From Propionibacterium freudenreichii subsp. freudenreichii (GTDB taxonomy: Bacteria > Actinomycetota > Actinomycetes > Propionibacteriales > Propionibacteriaceae), in contig NZ_CP010341.1 of NCBI RefSeq assembly GCF_000940845.1, forward strand, positions 690,001 to 722,000: DNA of 32,000 nt, given 5' to 3'. This document shows, piece by piece, positions 1 through 8,884 of the stretch. Made by a program: the position numbers and the translations under genes. The first letter of the stretch is position 1; each line of letters starts with the position of its first letter. The notes beneath the pieces were generated by a model, which worked only from the letters and a program-made list of their open reading frames with translations, searched no databases and was not told where the DNA came from.

Positions 1-292
1 CCTCTTCGACGTCACGCTCGTCGGTCGGGTCCTGGCGGCTGCGCAGCCGCTCGACGGTCGCCTGGTCCAGCGCGATATGTGAGTCATGGGCCAACTGCGA
101 CCACTTCGCACGCGGCAGCTCGATCCACGGGCTGTCGGGCGTCGTGCCCTGCGAGGGCGACGCCGTGACATCGGGTTCGTCGACCCCCCGGGCGGCAAGC
201 GCCTTGGCCAGGGCCTGCTCATGGGCCGTTGCATAGGCGGCGCGGAAGGGACTTCCGGACGCGGCGCCGGGGGCACCGTCAGGATTGCTCAT
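1..292 (-). CDS. coaA: Type I pantothenate kinase, N-terminal portion (gene continues beyond the window start)
   Basis: The minus strand is open from the window edge to an ATG (complement of 290-292). Translation is MSNPDGAPG...SPWIELPRAKWSQLAHDSHIALDQATVERLRSRQDPTDERDVEE. This follows the conserved CoaA N-terminal pattern, cf. M. tuberculosis SPYVEFDRRQWRAL...LTEEELVGLRGL...DLLEVEEVY. It is absent from the ORF track because it is truncated by the edge. Confidence 0.7.
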   Translation of the reverse strand, partial: MSNPDGAPGAASGSPFRAAYATAHEQALAKALAARGVDEPDVTASPSQGTTPDSPWIELPRAKWSQLAHDSHIALDQATVERLRSRQDPTDERDVEE

Positions 293-446
293 GGGATCCC
301 CGAGGGGGTCACCTCCTAGGTTGGCTTCCGCCTGACCGGGTCAATCATGCCCGTCCGCGGCAACACCGCGCACATCCACCCCCCGCCGGCGCCTGCCCAC
401 GCGTGCCGTGACCCAAGGAATTGAGTGAGTCCGTACTCTTATGGGC

Positions 447-2291
447 ATGTGCGGAATCATCGGCTATATCGGGCCTGAGCAGGCTACCGGAGTGATCCTC
501 GACGGACTGCGGCGACTGGAGTACCGCGGATACGATTCGGCCGGCATCGCCGTGCAGGACAACGGGCGGCTCGAATATCGCAAGAAGGCCGGCAAGCTGG
601 CCAACCTCGATGCGGAGCTCGCGGAGCGTCCACTGCCCGAATCACACGCCGGTATCGGACACACCCGGTGGGCCACCCACGGCGTTCCCAACGACGCCAA
701 TGCCCATCCCCAGCTGTCGAATGACGGTCGGGTGGCCGTGGTGCACAACGGCATCATCGAGAACTTCGCCACACTGCGCGCCGAGTTGGGTGCCGAGGGC
801 GTCGAGTTCACCTCCGATACCGACACCGAGGTGGCGGCCGCCCTGCTGGGCAGGGCCGTCAACCGGGGCAACGACCTCACCGTGGCGATGCGCGAGGTCT
901 CCAAGCAACTGCACGGTGCCTTCACGCTGGTGGCCATCGACTCGCAGGAACCCGATGTGATCGTGGCCGCACGACGCAACTCACCGCTGGTGGTCGGCGT
1001 CGGGCAGGGCGAGAACTTCGTCGCTTCGGACGTCGCGGCGTTCATCGACCACACCCGCGAGGCCATCGAGCTGGGCCAGGACCAGGTGGTGACCATCACC
1101 GCCAACGACATCACCGTGACCGACTTCGACGGCGGCCCGGCCGAGACCCGCGCCTATCACGTCGATTGGGACACCACCGCAGCCGAGAAGGATGGCTACG
1201 ACTGGTTCATGCGCAAGGAGATCTTCGAGCAGCCGAAGGCCATCTCCGACACCCTGCTGGGACGCTATTCGCCCCAGGGTGAGCTCACGCTCGACGAGAT
1301 CCACATCAGCCCCGAGACGCTGCGTCGGGTGAACAAGATCATCATCCTGGGCTGTGGCACCGCCCACTACGCGGGCATGGTGGCCAAGTACGCCATCGAG
1401 CACTGGGTGCGCATCCCCTGTGAGGTGGAGCTCGCCAGCGAATTCCGCTATCGCGATCCGATCGTCGATTCGCAGACCTTGTGCGTGGCGATCAGCCAGT
1501 CGGGCGAGACGGCCGACACCCTGCAGGCGATCCGCCACGCCCGCGAACAGGGCGCCAAGGTGATCGCCATCTGCAACACCAACGGCTCCACGATTCCGCG
1601 CGAATCCGATGCCGTGATCTACACCTACGCCGGCCCCGAGATCGGGGTGGCGTCCACCAAGGGCTTCACCACCCAGCTGATCGCCTGCTACCTGCTCGGG
1701 CTCTACCTCGCACAGGTGCGCGGCATGAAGTTCGGCGACGAGATCCGCACGATCATGGACGAGCTCGAGGCCATGCCGGCCAAGATGCAGTCCGTGCTCG
1801 ACCATGCCGACCAGATCTACACGCTGGCCAAGGGCATGGAGGACGAGGAGGACTTCATCTTCATCGGACGCCATGTTGGCTATCCGATCGCCCTGGAGGG
1901 CGCGCTGAAGCTCAAGGAGATCGCCTACCTGCACGCCGAGGGCTTTGCCGCCGGCGAGCTGAAGCACGGACCCATTGCGATCATCAACCCGGGCATGCCG
2001 GTGTTCGCCGTGGTGCCCCCGCAGGGCCGTGACCAGCTGCACGACAAGGTGGTCAGCAATATCCAGGAGGTCCGTGCCCGCGGTGCCCGCACCATCGCCG
2101 TGGCCGAGCAGGACGACAACGAGGTGGACCAGTTCGCCGAAGTGGTGATCTCGTTGCCGAAGGTGAGCACCCTGCTCCAGCCCGTGCTGGCGGTGGTGCC
2201 CCTGCAGCTGTTCGCCTGCGAAATCGCCACACTGCTGGGCAACGACGTGGACCAGCCGCGTAATCTGGCCAAGTCGGTGACCGTCGAGTAG
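447..2291 (+). CDS. glmS: Glutamine--fructose-6-phosphate aminotransferase (isomerising)
   Basis: ORF 441..2291. The Ntn-amidotransferase N-terminus M-CGIIGY needs Cys directly after the initiator Met, so ATG 447 is preferred over ATG 441. It has two SIS-type sugar isomerase regions and the typical C-terminus ...AKSVTVE. A TACTCT -10-like box at 434-439 lies 7 nt upstream of 447. Confidence 0.96.
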   Translation: MCGIIGYIGPEQATGVILDGLRRLEYRGYDSAGIAVQDNGRLEYRKKAGKLANLDAELAERPLPESHAGIGHTRWATHGVPNDANAHPQLSNDGRVAVVHNGIIENFATLRAELGAEGVEFTSDTDTEVAAALLGRAVNRGNDLTVAMREVSKQLHGAFTLVAIDSQEPDVIVAARRNSPLVVGVGQGENFVASDVAAFIDHTREAIELGQDQVVTITANDITVTDFDGGPAETRAYHVDWDTTAAEKDGYDWFMRKEIFEQPKAISDTLLGRYSPQGELTLDEIHISPETLRRVNKIIILGCGTAHYAGMVAKYAIEHWVRIPCEVELASEFRYRDPIVDSQTLCVAISQSGETADTLQAIRHAREQGAKVIAICNTNGSTIPRESDAVIYTYAGPEIGVASTKGFTTQLIACYLLGLYLAQVRGMKFGDEIRTIMDELEAMPAKMQSVLDHADQIYTLAKGMEDEEDFIFIGRHVGYPIALEGALKLKEIAYLHAEGFAAGELKHGPIAIINPGMPVFAVVPPQGRDQLHDKVVSNIQEVRARGARTIAVAEQDDNEVDQFAEVVISLPKVSTLLQPVLAVVPLQLFACEIATLLGNDVDQPRNLAKSVTVE

Positions 2292-2331
2292 CGCACCAAC
2301 AGTGCCGGGCTGTCACCCGTGAGGCGGGGCA

Positions 2332-2799
2332 ATGATTGTCGGAGTCGGTATCGATGTCTGCAGCGTGAGTCGTTTCGACGCCATGCTGGAACGCCACCCC
2401 GGAATCGTCGAGCGATTGTTCAACCCTGCTGAGACCAGGGTGCGTGGCCTGGCCCGTTCGGGACGCTCCCTGTCGGCCCGCTTCGCCGCCAAGGAGGCGC
2501 TGTCGAAGGCACTCGGTGCGCCGGGCAACCTGTCATGGCGTGACGCCGAGGTGGTCTCCGACGACAACGATCGTCCCAGCATGAAGATGCGCGGCTCGGT
2601 GGCCCGACGTGCTGCTGAGCTCGGCATCACCCGGGTGCACCTGTCATTGAGCCACGACGGCGGCATCGCCACGGCCATTGTCATCGCCGAACGCGACGAA
2701 CCCGCAAGCGATGGGCCCGGAGGCGACGAACCGGGCAACGAACCGGGCAACAGCGCAGACCTCGACGAGGCCGAACGCGACGAACCGGGGCGCAACTGA
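2332..2799 (+). CDS. acpS: Holo-[acyl-carrier-protein] synthase (4'-phosphopantetheinyl transferase) with acidic low-complexity C-terminal tail
   Basis: [15 protein letters not shown]...[13 protein letters not shown]...[16 protein letters not shown] matches the AcpS family over ~125 aa. A GAGG Shine-Dalgarno lies ~10 nt upstream. The last ~30 codons ([36 protein letters not shown]) are a repeat-derived extension. Confidence 0.9.
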   Translation: MIVGVGIDVCSVSRFDAMLERHPGIVERLFNPAETRVRGLARSGRSLSARFAAKEALSKALGAPGNLSWRDAEVVSDDNDRPSMKMRGSVARRAAELGITRVHLSLSHDGGIATAIVIAERDEPASDGPGGDEPGNEPGNSADLDEAERDEPGRN

Positions 2800-2800
2800 G

Positions 2801-4219
2801 ATGCGTGCCATTGCCACGGTGCAGCAGATCCGCGATGCCGAGCAGGCCTGGTTCGACGCCCATCCGGGCGAGGACCTGATGGCGGAGGCGTCGGCCCATG
2901 TGGCCTCGACCGCGTTGCAGATGGTGGGCGACCATGCCCGCGTGCTCGTGGTGGTGGGCACCGGGAACAACGGGGGAGATGGCCTGTTCGCCGCCCGTGA
3001 CCTGGCCAATGCCGGCTGCGATGTCGCGGTGTGGTGCACGGGCAGCCGTTGGCACGAGGCCGGACGCGCCGCCGCGGAGGCAGCCGGCTGCGTGTTCGCC
3101 GATGCCCGGGAAGCAGTCGAGGGACTGGCCGAGGCCAGCCTGGTGATCGACGCCGTGCTGGGGATCGGCGGCCGGGCCGGCCTGCGTGAGCCGGTGGCGG
3201 AATTCGCCCGCGCCTGCGCCGACGTGGGGGTGCCCGTGTTGAGCGTCGACCTGCCCTCGGGCCTGGCGGCGGATTCGGTGGGTGCGCGCGACACGATCAG
3301 CTTCCGGGCCACCCGCACGGTCACCTTCGGCGCCCTGAAGCTGTGCCAGCTGGCCAATCCGGCCCGGCAGGCCTGCGGGCTCGTGGAGCTGGCCCCGATC
3401 GGGCTCCAGATCCCCTCCCCGCGCATGTGGGCCACCGAATTGGTGGACATCGCCGCCCACTGGCCCTTCCCCGGCGTCGATTCTGACAAGTACTCGCGCG
3501 GCGTGGTGGGGCTCGATACCGGCTCCGAGCGCTATCCGGGTGCTGGCGTGCTGTCGACCACCGGTGCCCTGTTCAGCGGCGCGGGCATGATCCGCTTCTG
3601 CGGGGCCCGGCGCTCGGCCGAGCTGGTCGGTGCGGCCATGCCGTCGGTCACCTTCGGGCCCGGACGCGTCGAGGCATGGGTGCTGGGATGTGGCTGGGGA
3701 GCACGCGACGACGCCGCATCGGTGATCGCCGAACGCCTTGCGACAGGAGTCCCCGCCGTGCTGGACGCCGACGCCCTGCGCGACCTGCCCGACACCGTGC
3801 CCGGCAACTGCCTGCTCACTCCGCACGCCGGCGAGCTGGCGCGCCTGCTCGGCCGGGATCGCGCCGAGGTGGAGGCCGATCCGGTGGCGGCGGCCCGCAC
3901 CGCGGCTGCCCGCTATGGCGCGACCGTGTTGCTGAAGGGGTCGACGCAATATGTCGCGGAGCCGTCGGGCCGGGTGACCCTGGCCGTGGAGGGGCCCGCG
4001 TGGACCGCCCAGGCCGGCTCGGGTGACACCCTGGCCGGGATCTGCGGCACCCTGCTCGCTGCGGGCCTGTCGGCGCGGTGGGCCGGCGTGCTGGGGGCCT
4101 CGATCCAGGCGCTCACCGCGGCCGCCAAGCCGGGACCCTATCCGCCCGATGCGCTGGCGCACCGGATGCCGGGCGTGCTGGCCAAGCTGGCCGGCCGGGC
4201 CGCGGGTGCCCGCGACTGA
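2801..4219 (+). CDS. nnr: Bifunctional NAD(P)H-hydrate repair enzyme (epimerase / ADP-dependent dehydratase)
   Basis: YjeF_N signature VVVGTGNNGGDGLFAARDL, then a YjeF_C carbohydrate-kinase-like part (KYSRGVVGLDTGSERYPGAGVL ... GSGDTLAGICG). ATG 2801 lies 1 nt after the acpS stop. The 41 upstream codons of ORF 2678..4219 overlap the acpS tail and read as low complexity ([10 protein letters not shown]), so they are not taken as coding. Confidence 0.9.
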   Translation: MRAIATVQQIRDAEQAWFDAHPGEDLMAEASAHVASTALQMVGDHARVLVVVGTGNNGGDGLFAARDLANAGCDVAVWCTGSRWHEAGRAAAEAAGCVFADAREAVEGLAEASLVIDAVLGIGGRAGLREPVAEFARACADVGVPVLSVDLPSGLAADSVGARDTISFRATRTVTFGALKLCQLANPARQACGLVELAPIGLQIPSPRMWATELVDIAAHWPFPGVDSDKYSRGVVGLDTGSERYPGAGVLSTTGALFSGAGMIRFCGARRSAELVGAAMPSVTFGPGRVEAWVLGCGWGARDDAASVIAERLATGVPAVLDADALRDLPDTVPGNCLLTPHAGELARLLGRDRAEVEADPVAAARTAAARYGATVLLKGSTQYVAEPSGRVTLAVEGPAWTAQAGSGDTLAGICGTLLAAGLSARWAGVLGASIQALTAAAKPGPYPPDALAHRMPGVLAKLAGRAAGARD

Positions 4220-4247
4220 GGTGCCCGCGACCGGGGGGCTTGCGCCG

Positions 4248-5393
4248 TCAGCGTGATTCGGCCTGCGCGGTGAGCCGGATCGCCGTGCGGTAGTGCTGCA
4301 CCAGCTGTCCGACGAGTCGTGGCCAGGTGCGCGTCGCCATGGCGCGGTGGGCCTGGTCGCCGAGCCGGTGCCTCAGGGGCGCGTCCGCGACCAGGCGTGC
4401 GACCTGTGAGCGCATCGCGGCCAGGTCGCCGGGCGGATACAGGAATCCGGTGCTGGCTTCACGCACGATGTCGATCGGTCCGCCGCGACGCGGCGCGATC
4501 ACCGGCACGGCGCATGCCGCCGCCTCCTGCAGGGTCTGGCCGAAGGTCTCCAGTTCACCGGGATGGACGAAGATGTCGAAGCTGGCCATGTGGCGGGCCA
4601 CCTCGGAGCCCTCCATGGCCCCGGTGAACACGGCCGAGGGGAGGCGGGCGGCCAGTTGGTCCCGCAGGGGCCCGTCCCCGACGATGACGCATCGGATGCC
4701 GGGCAGGGTGCTGAGCGCCGACAGATCAGCCACGTTCTTCTCGGGGGCCAGCCGGCCCAGGAAGCCGACCACGCACTCACCGCCGGGGGCCCACCGACGG
4801 TGCAGGGCCTCGTCGCGGCGCGTGGGGGCGAAGCGCGTGGTGTCGACACCGCGTCCCCAGATGGCGACCCGACCGAAACCGTGGCGCACCAGTTCCTGCC
4901 GGGTGGCGGTGGACGGCGCCAGGGTGAGCGTCGCCGGGGCGTGGACGCGGCGCATGATGCCCCAGGCCAAGGGTTCGGCCCGGGCAGGGGACAGGGCGCG
5001 GGGCAGGTATCGGCCCAGGTAGGTGGGGAAATCGGTCTGGAACAGGGCGACGCTTGGTATGCCGAGGCGTCGGGTGGCCCGCAGGGCTGCGCGCCCGAGC
5101 ACCAGGGGTGCCGCGATATGGGCCACATCGGGGGCGAAGTCGCCCAGCAGCTTCACCAGCTTGGAGGTGGTGGCGGTGGCGATGCGCACGGCCGGATACT
5201 GCGGCATGGACACCGACGGCACGGTGATCACCGGCGCTCCCGCGTAGGCGTCGGGAACCCCGCCGGGATCGCCGGGAGCCACGATGAGCACCTCATGGCC
5301 GTCGTGGCGCAGTTGCTCGACCACCCGCAGGACGGAGTTGGTGACGCCATTGACCTGGGGCAGGAAGCTCTCCGTCACGATGGCCACACGCAC
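4248..5393 (-). CDS. GT4-family (GT-B fold, retaining) glycosyltransferase
   Basis: 381-aa ORF. N-terminus MRVAIVTESFLPQVNGVTNSV is typical of GT4 enzymes. An E-x7-E motif is present (ELETFGQTLQEA). GTG start with AGGA 7 nt upstream. It is convergent with nnr. Confidence 0.85.
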   Translation of the reverse strand: MRVAIVTESFLPQVNGVTNSVLRVVEQLRHDGHEVLIVAPGDPGGVPDAYAGAPVITVPSVSMPQYPAVRIATATTSKLVKLLGDFAPDVAHIAAPLVLGRAALRATRRLGIPSVALFQTDFPTYLGRYLPRALSPARAEPLAWGIMRRVHAPATLTLAPSTATRQELVRHGFGRVAIWGRGVDTTRFAPTRRDEALHRRWAPGGECVVGFLGRLAPEKNVADLSALSTLPGIRCVIVGDGPLRDQLAARLPSAVFTGAMEGSEVARHMASFDIFVHPGELETFGQTLQEAAACAVPVIAPRRGGPIDIVREASTGFLYPPGDLAAMRSQVARLVADAPLRHRLGDQAHRAMATRTWPRLVGQLVQHYRTAIRLTAQAESR

Positions 5394-5408
5394 ACCCGCA
5401 TCCTAGGC

Positions 5409-5442
5409 AGTTGGGCATCCCGGGGAGTTGGCCATCCCGGGG
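5409..5442. repeat. Two tandem 17-bp direct repeats in the divergent GT4/helicase intergenic region
   Basis: AGTTGGGCATCCCGGGG (5409-5425) is followed directly by AGTTGGCCATCCCGGGG (5426-5442), a 16/17 match. A degenerate third copy AATTGGGGCGTC follows. The repeats start 16 nt upstream of the GT4 GTG start. Confidence 0.7.
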
Positions 5443-5658
5443 AATTGGGGCGTCAGGCAGCTGGATCCGGGGTGGGTGCAGCTCCGGTGCAGGTGGTTCA
5501 CAACCGCTCGTGACGAGGGGCTGCGACTGGCGCATCGGCGCATCGATGGTGGGGCGATGCGTTCGGCCCGTTAGACTGGGGGTTATTCCTTGGGATGTTC
5601 AATGTTCCGGCCCCTTGAGATCAGCAGGATCTAGTCGTAGGGGCTTCTAATCCCCCTC

Positions 5659-8600
5659 ATGAGAGTGCCGATGCCAAAAAACAATAATTCCGCGCGCCCG
5701 AACCGCAAGTCGTCAGGTGCGTGGAGCCGTCCCTCGTCCGCACGCGGGCGTGGCAAGTCAAGTGCCGGTGGACGCGGCCGAGATGGATCAACCTCGCGCG
5801 GTCAGCGCGACTGGAATGACTCGCGCGGTCAGCGCGACTGGAATGACTCGCGCGGTGGACGCGACAGAAACGATTCGCGTGAGCGCAGTGACTCACGCGG
5901 CAAGCGCGATTGGAACGACTCACGCGGCAAGCGCGACTGGTCGAGCCGCCAGCAGTGGGGCTCCGAGGGCTACCGTCCCGCGGGCCGTTCGCGCCGCCAC
6001 GACAATGACGCCTGGAACGAGGAGGGTCGCCGCCGCTTCGAGGGTGACTCCCGTGACAGCCGCGATTCCCGTGGCGGGCGCTATGACCGCGACAATCGCG
6101 GTGGACGATGGAACGACGACAATCGTGACCGTCGTGGCGGGCCGGATCGTCGCCGGAAGCAGTGGGACGACCGCAATCACGGTTCCGACCGCAAGCCGTG
6201 GCGTCGCGATGAGCGCGAGGATCGTGATCGTTCGCGTGGCTGGGGCCGTGATGACGCCCCCGATGCCCGTGGCGAGCGCCGCAGCAGCAATTGGACGTCC
6301 CGCACCGGCTCGCGCGCCGCATGGAAGCGCGAGGGTCGCGACGACCGTTTCAGTGGTGGTGGGCAGCGCAGTTCTGCGCGTGGAAATTCCTATCGTGGCG
6401 GCCAACGTCGCGATGACCGCTGGCGTGACGACAATGATCGTGATCGCAGCCGTGGGGGGCGTCCGCGCTCGTCCTCGCGCAGCGACCACTTTGACTCGCG
6501 CAGCGACCGCTATGACTCGCGTGATGACCGTCCGCGTTCGCACGGCTACCGCGACGACCGCGCGCGTTCCTTTGGCCAGCGCGACGACCGCTCGCGCGGC
6601 TACAACCGCGATGATCGTCCGCGTTCCTACAATCGCGATGATGAGCGTCGTGGGAACCGTTATGACCGCGACGACCGCAGCGCCCAGCGTGATCGGTCCG
6701 GCGACGAGCGCCGTGGCAATCGCTACGACCGCGACACGCGCTCGGACGATCGCCGGGGCAACCGTGACGACCGCTCCCGCTCGTGGGATCGACGCGAGGA
6801 CCGCGACCAGCGGTCTGCCCACGACACGCCGGCGGACCGGCCCGACGCCAGCGTTGCCCTGCAGGGTGACGAGGTGCTCGACGGCCTGACCAGCCGCATG
6901 GAGGCTGCCAAGCGCGAGAAGTTCGAGGCCGACAAGCAGAAGAGCCGCGAGTCGTCGACCCCGGCACAGGATTCCGCCGACCAGGCGTCGTCCCCGGCCG
7001 AGGTCTCCGCCGACCTGTCATCATCCCCGGCGGAGGATTCCGCCGACCGGTCATCGTCCCCGGCGGAGGTTTCCGCCGACCAGCAGGCCGCCACCCCGGA
7101 GGATTCCGGGTCGGCCCCGGCCACGCCGTCGCAGGCCACCAACGATCAGCCGGACGATGAGTCCGCCTCCTCCGCGGCAGCCAGTTCCGAGCAGGCCAAT
7201 TCCGACAACGTCAACCCAGAGCACGCCAACCCCGAGAACGAGGAAATCGTTAACCAGACATCCGTCGCCGAGCAGGCGACCGACGAGTCCGCTGCCGAGC
7301 AGCAGGCATCCGTCACCCAGAACACCGACCAGCCCGCCATCGACGAGTCCACCACCAGTGAGCCCGCGACCGGACGCCCCGATGATGCCCCCGCAACGGC
7401 CAACCGCCGTCGCGAGAGCAACGCCCGCACCGAGCATCCCCATGGCGCCGTGCGTCGCGAGGAGCGCGATGACGACCGCGTCGAGCCCGTGCGCCGCCAG
7501 AAGGGACGCACCCGCTTCAGTGAGCTGGGCGTGCCCCAGCCGATCGTCGAGGAGCTCGATTCGCAGGGCATCCTGGCGCCGTTCCCGATCCAGCAGGCCG
7601 CCATTCCCGATGCGCTGTCGGGTCGCGACGTGCTCGGCCGTGGACAGACCGGCTCGGGCAAGACGCTCGCCTTCGGCATCCCGGTGATCACCCGCCTGGC
7701 AGCCAGTGGCACGGGCCACGGTCGTCAGCCGCGTGCCCTGCTGATGGCCCCCACCCGCGAACTCGCCCAGCAGGTCAACGACGTGTTGTTCCCGCTGGCG
7801 AAGGCCATGGGGCTCAGCACCATCCTGGTGGCCGGCGGCATGAGCTACACCCCGCAGCTTCGGGCCCTGGAGCGCGGCGTCGACATCGTCGTGGCCACGC
7901 CCGGACGCCTCATCGACCTGATCGAGCGCGGTAGCGCAAAGCTCGGCGAGGTGCAGGAGGTCGTGCTCGACGAGGCCGACGAGATGGCCGACATGGGCTT
8001 CATGCCCGACGTCACCCGCATCCTCGACGAGATCTCGCGCGAGGCCCAGCACCTGCTGTTCTCAGCCACCCTCGACCGTCAGGTCGACACCATCGTGCGT
8101 CGCTATATGCACGATCCGGTGGAGCACGGCGTCGATTCGGCGAAGGCCTCCGTCACGACGATGCGCCACGAATTGTGGACGGTGAACGCCCGCGACAAGG
8201 CCGCGATCATCGCCCAGGCGGCGAACCGTCCCGGACGCACCCTGGTGTTCGTGCGCACCCAGCGTGACGCCGATCGCACCGCCGAGCAGCTGCGCGACCT
8301 CGGCCTGATGGCCGGGGCCCTGCACGGTGGCCTGCCCCAGGGCATGCGCGCCCGCGTGCTGTATGCCTTCCGCCAGGGCCGGGTGCCCGTGCTGGTGGCC
8401 ACCGACGTGGCCGCCCGCGGTATCGACGTGGACGATGTCTCGTTGGTGCTGCAGGCCGACCCGCCGCATGACTCGAAGGACTACCTGCACCGTGCCGGAC
8501 GCACCGCGCGCGCCGGCGAGGATGGCCTCGTGGCCACCCTCGTGCTGCCGCGTGCGCGGGGTCGCATGGCCCGCATCATGCGTGATGCCGGGGTCAATGA

Positions 8601-8802
8601 GCGTCCGCATCCGATGCGTCCCGGCGACCGGCTCGAGGAGCTGACCGGGGGCACCGAGCCGCATGACGAGCCGGTGCGCGAGGAGCAGTACCGCGCGATC
8701 ATCGCGCCGCCGCGCCCGGTGAAGAAGCGTGGGGGCGGCCATTACAAGGGCAAGCCCTGGCAGCGACGCAAGTCGTCGGGTCGTCCGTACAAGCGCGGCT
8801 GA
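5659..8802 (+). CDS. DEAD-box ATP-dependent RNA helicase with ~615-aa low-complexity N-terminal extension and short basic C-terminal tail
   Basis: The C-terminal ~430 aa carry the full motif set: Q-motif (FSELGV...PFPIQQAAIP), motif I GQTGSGKTLAF, PTRELA, DEAD (gac gag gcc gac at 7969-7980), SAT, and HRAGRTARAG. The same frame stays open upstream to ATG 5659 (alternative ATG 5671). That frame has the most G/C-rich third positions through the repeats. The true start is not proven. Confidence 0.85.
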   Translation: MRVPMPKNNNSARPNRKSSGAWSRPSSARGRGKSSAGGRGRDGSTSRGQRDWNDSRGQRDWNDSRGGRDRNDSRERSDSRGKRDWNDSRGKRDWSSRQQWGSEGYRPAGRSRRHDNDAWNEEGRRRFEGDSRDSRDSRGGRYDRDNRGGRWNDDNRDRRGGPDRRRKQWDDRNHGSDRKPWRRDEREDRDRSRGWGRDDAPDARGERRSSNWTSRTGSRAAWKREGRDDRFSGGGQRSSARGNSYRGGQRRDDRWRDDNDRDRSRGGRPRSSSRSDHFDSRSDRYDSRDDRPRSHGYRDDRARSFGQRDDRSRGYNRDDRPRSYNRDDERRGNRYDRDDRSAQRDRSGDERRGNRYDRDTRSDDRRGNRDDRSRSWDRREDRDQRSAHDTPADRPDASVALQGDEVLDGLTSRMEAAKREKFEADKQKSRESSTPAQDSADQASSPAEVSADLSSSPAEDSADRSSSPAEVSADQQAATPEDSGSAPATPSQATNDQPDDESASSAAASSEQANSDNVNPEHANPENEEIVNQTSVAEQATDESAAEQQASVTQNTDQPAIDESTTSEPATGRPDDAPATANRRRESNARTEHPHGAVRREERDDDRVEPVRRQKGRTRFSELGVPQPIVEELDSQGILAPFPIQQAAIPDALSGRDVLGRGQTGSGKTLAFGIPVITRLAASGTGHGRQPRALLMAPTRELAQQVNDVLFPLAKAMGLSTILVAGGMSYTPQLRALERGVDIVVATPGRLIDLIERGSAKLGEVQEVVLDEADEMADMGFMPDVTRILDEISREAQHLLFSATLDRQVDTIVRRYMHDPVEHGVDSAKASVTTMRHELWTVNARDKAAIIAQAANRPGRTLVFVRTQRDADRTAEQLRDLGLMAGALHGGLPQGMRARVLYAFRQGRVPVLVATDVAARGIDVDDVSLVLQADPPHDSKDYLHRAGRTARAGEDGLVATLVLPRARGRMARIMRDAGVNERPHPMRPGDRLEELTGGTEPHDEPVREEQYRAIIAPPRPVKKRGGGHYKGKPWQRRKSSGRPYKRG
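5797..5946 (+). repeat. In-frame 27-bp tandem repeats encoding RG(Q/K)RDWNDS units
   Basis: cgcggtcagcgcgactggaatgactcg occurs at 5797-5823 and identically at 5824-5850. Diverged copies lie at 5851-5877, 5896-5922 and 5923-5946, with an 18-bp partial unit between. Confidence 0.9.
6961..7092 (+). repeat. In-frame 33-bp tandem repeats (4 units) encoding PAE(D/V)SADxxSS units
   Basis: Units at 6961-6993, 6994-7026, 7027-7059 and 7060-7092 share ccggc(g/c)gagg(a/t)(t/c)tccgccgacc. A partial fifth unit follows. Confidence 0.9.
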
Positions 8803-8834
8803 CCAGCCCAGTCACCAATCTGCCCAGTCACCAG

Positions 8835-8884
8835 CCGGCCGGGTGTGGGGGAGCAATCTCCCGCACCCGGCCGGTTGCCGTTCC
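8835..8884 (+). terminator. Intrinsic terminator candidate downstream of the helicase gene
   Basis: CCGGCCGGGTGTGGGGGA-GCAA-TCTCCCGCACCCGGCCGG forms a continuous 18-bp stem (two G.U pairs) capped by a GCAA tetraloop. It is followed by TTGCCGTTCC. It lies 33 nt after the stop codon. Confidence 0.7.

Noticed and set aside
293-446. Possible glmS ribozyme upstream of glmS.
   Set aside because: The leader is very short or absent (a -10-like box lies 7 nt before ATG 447). I see no glmS-ribozyme core sequence. The ribozyme is characteristic of Firmicutes rather than actinobacteria.
5411-5650. 79-aa ORF in the GT4/helicase intergenic region.
   Set aside because: It is Gly/Ser/Arg/Cys-rich with no Shine-Dalgarno, and it spans the tandem repeats and hairpins. 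It is more likely a regulatory non-coding region.
5657-6889. Alternative-frame ORFs across the helicase repeat region (5717..6889 +, 5657..6322 -, 5920..6822 -, 6350..7054 -).
   Set aside because: They are open only because the CGN/GAC-rich repeats lack stops in several frames. Only the 5659 frame continues into the helicase core, and it has the G/C-rich third positions typical of coding DNA here.
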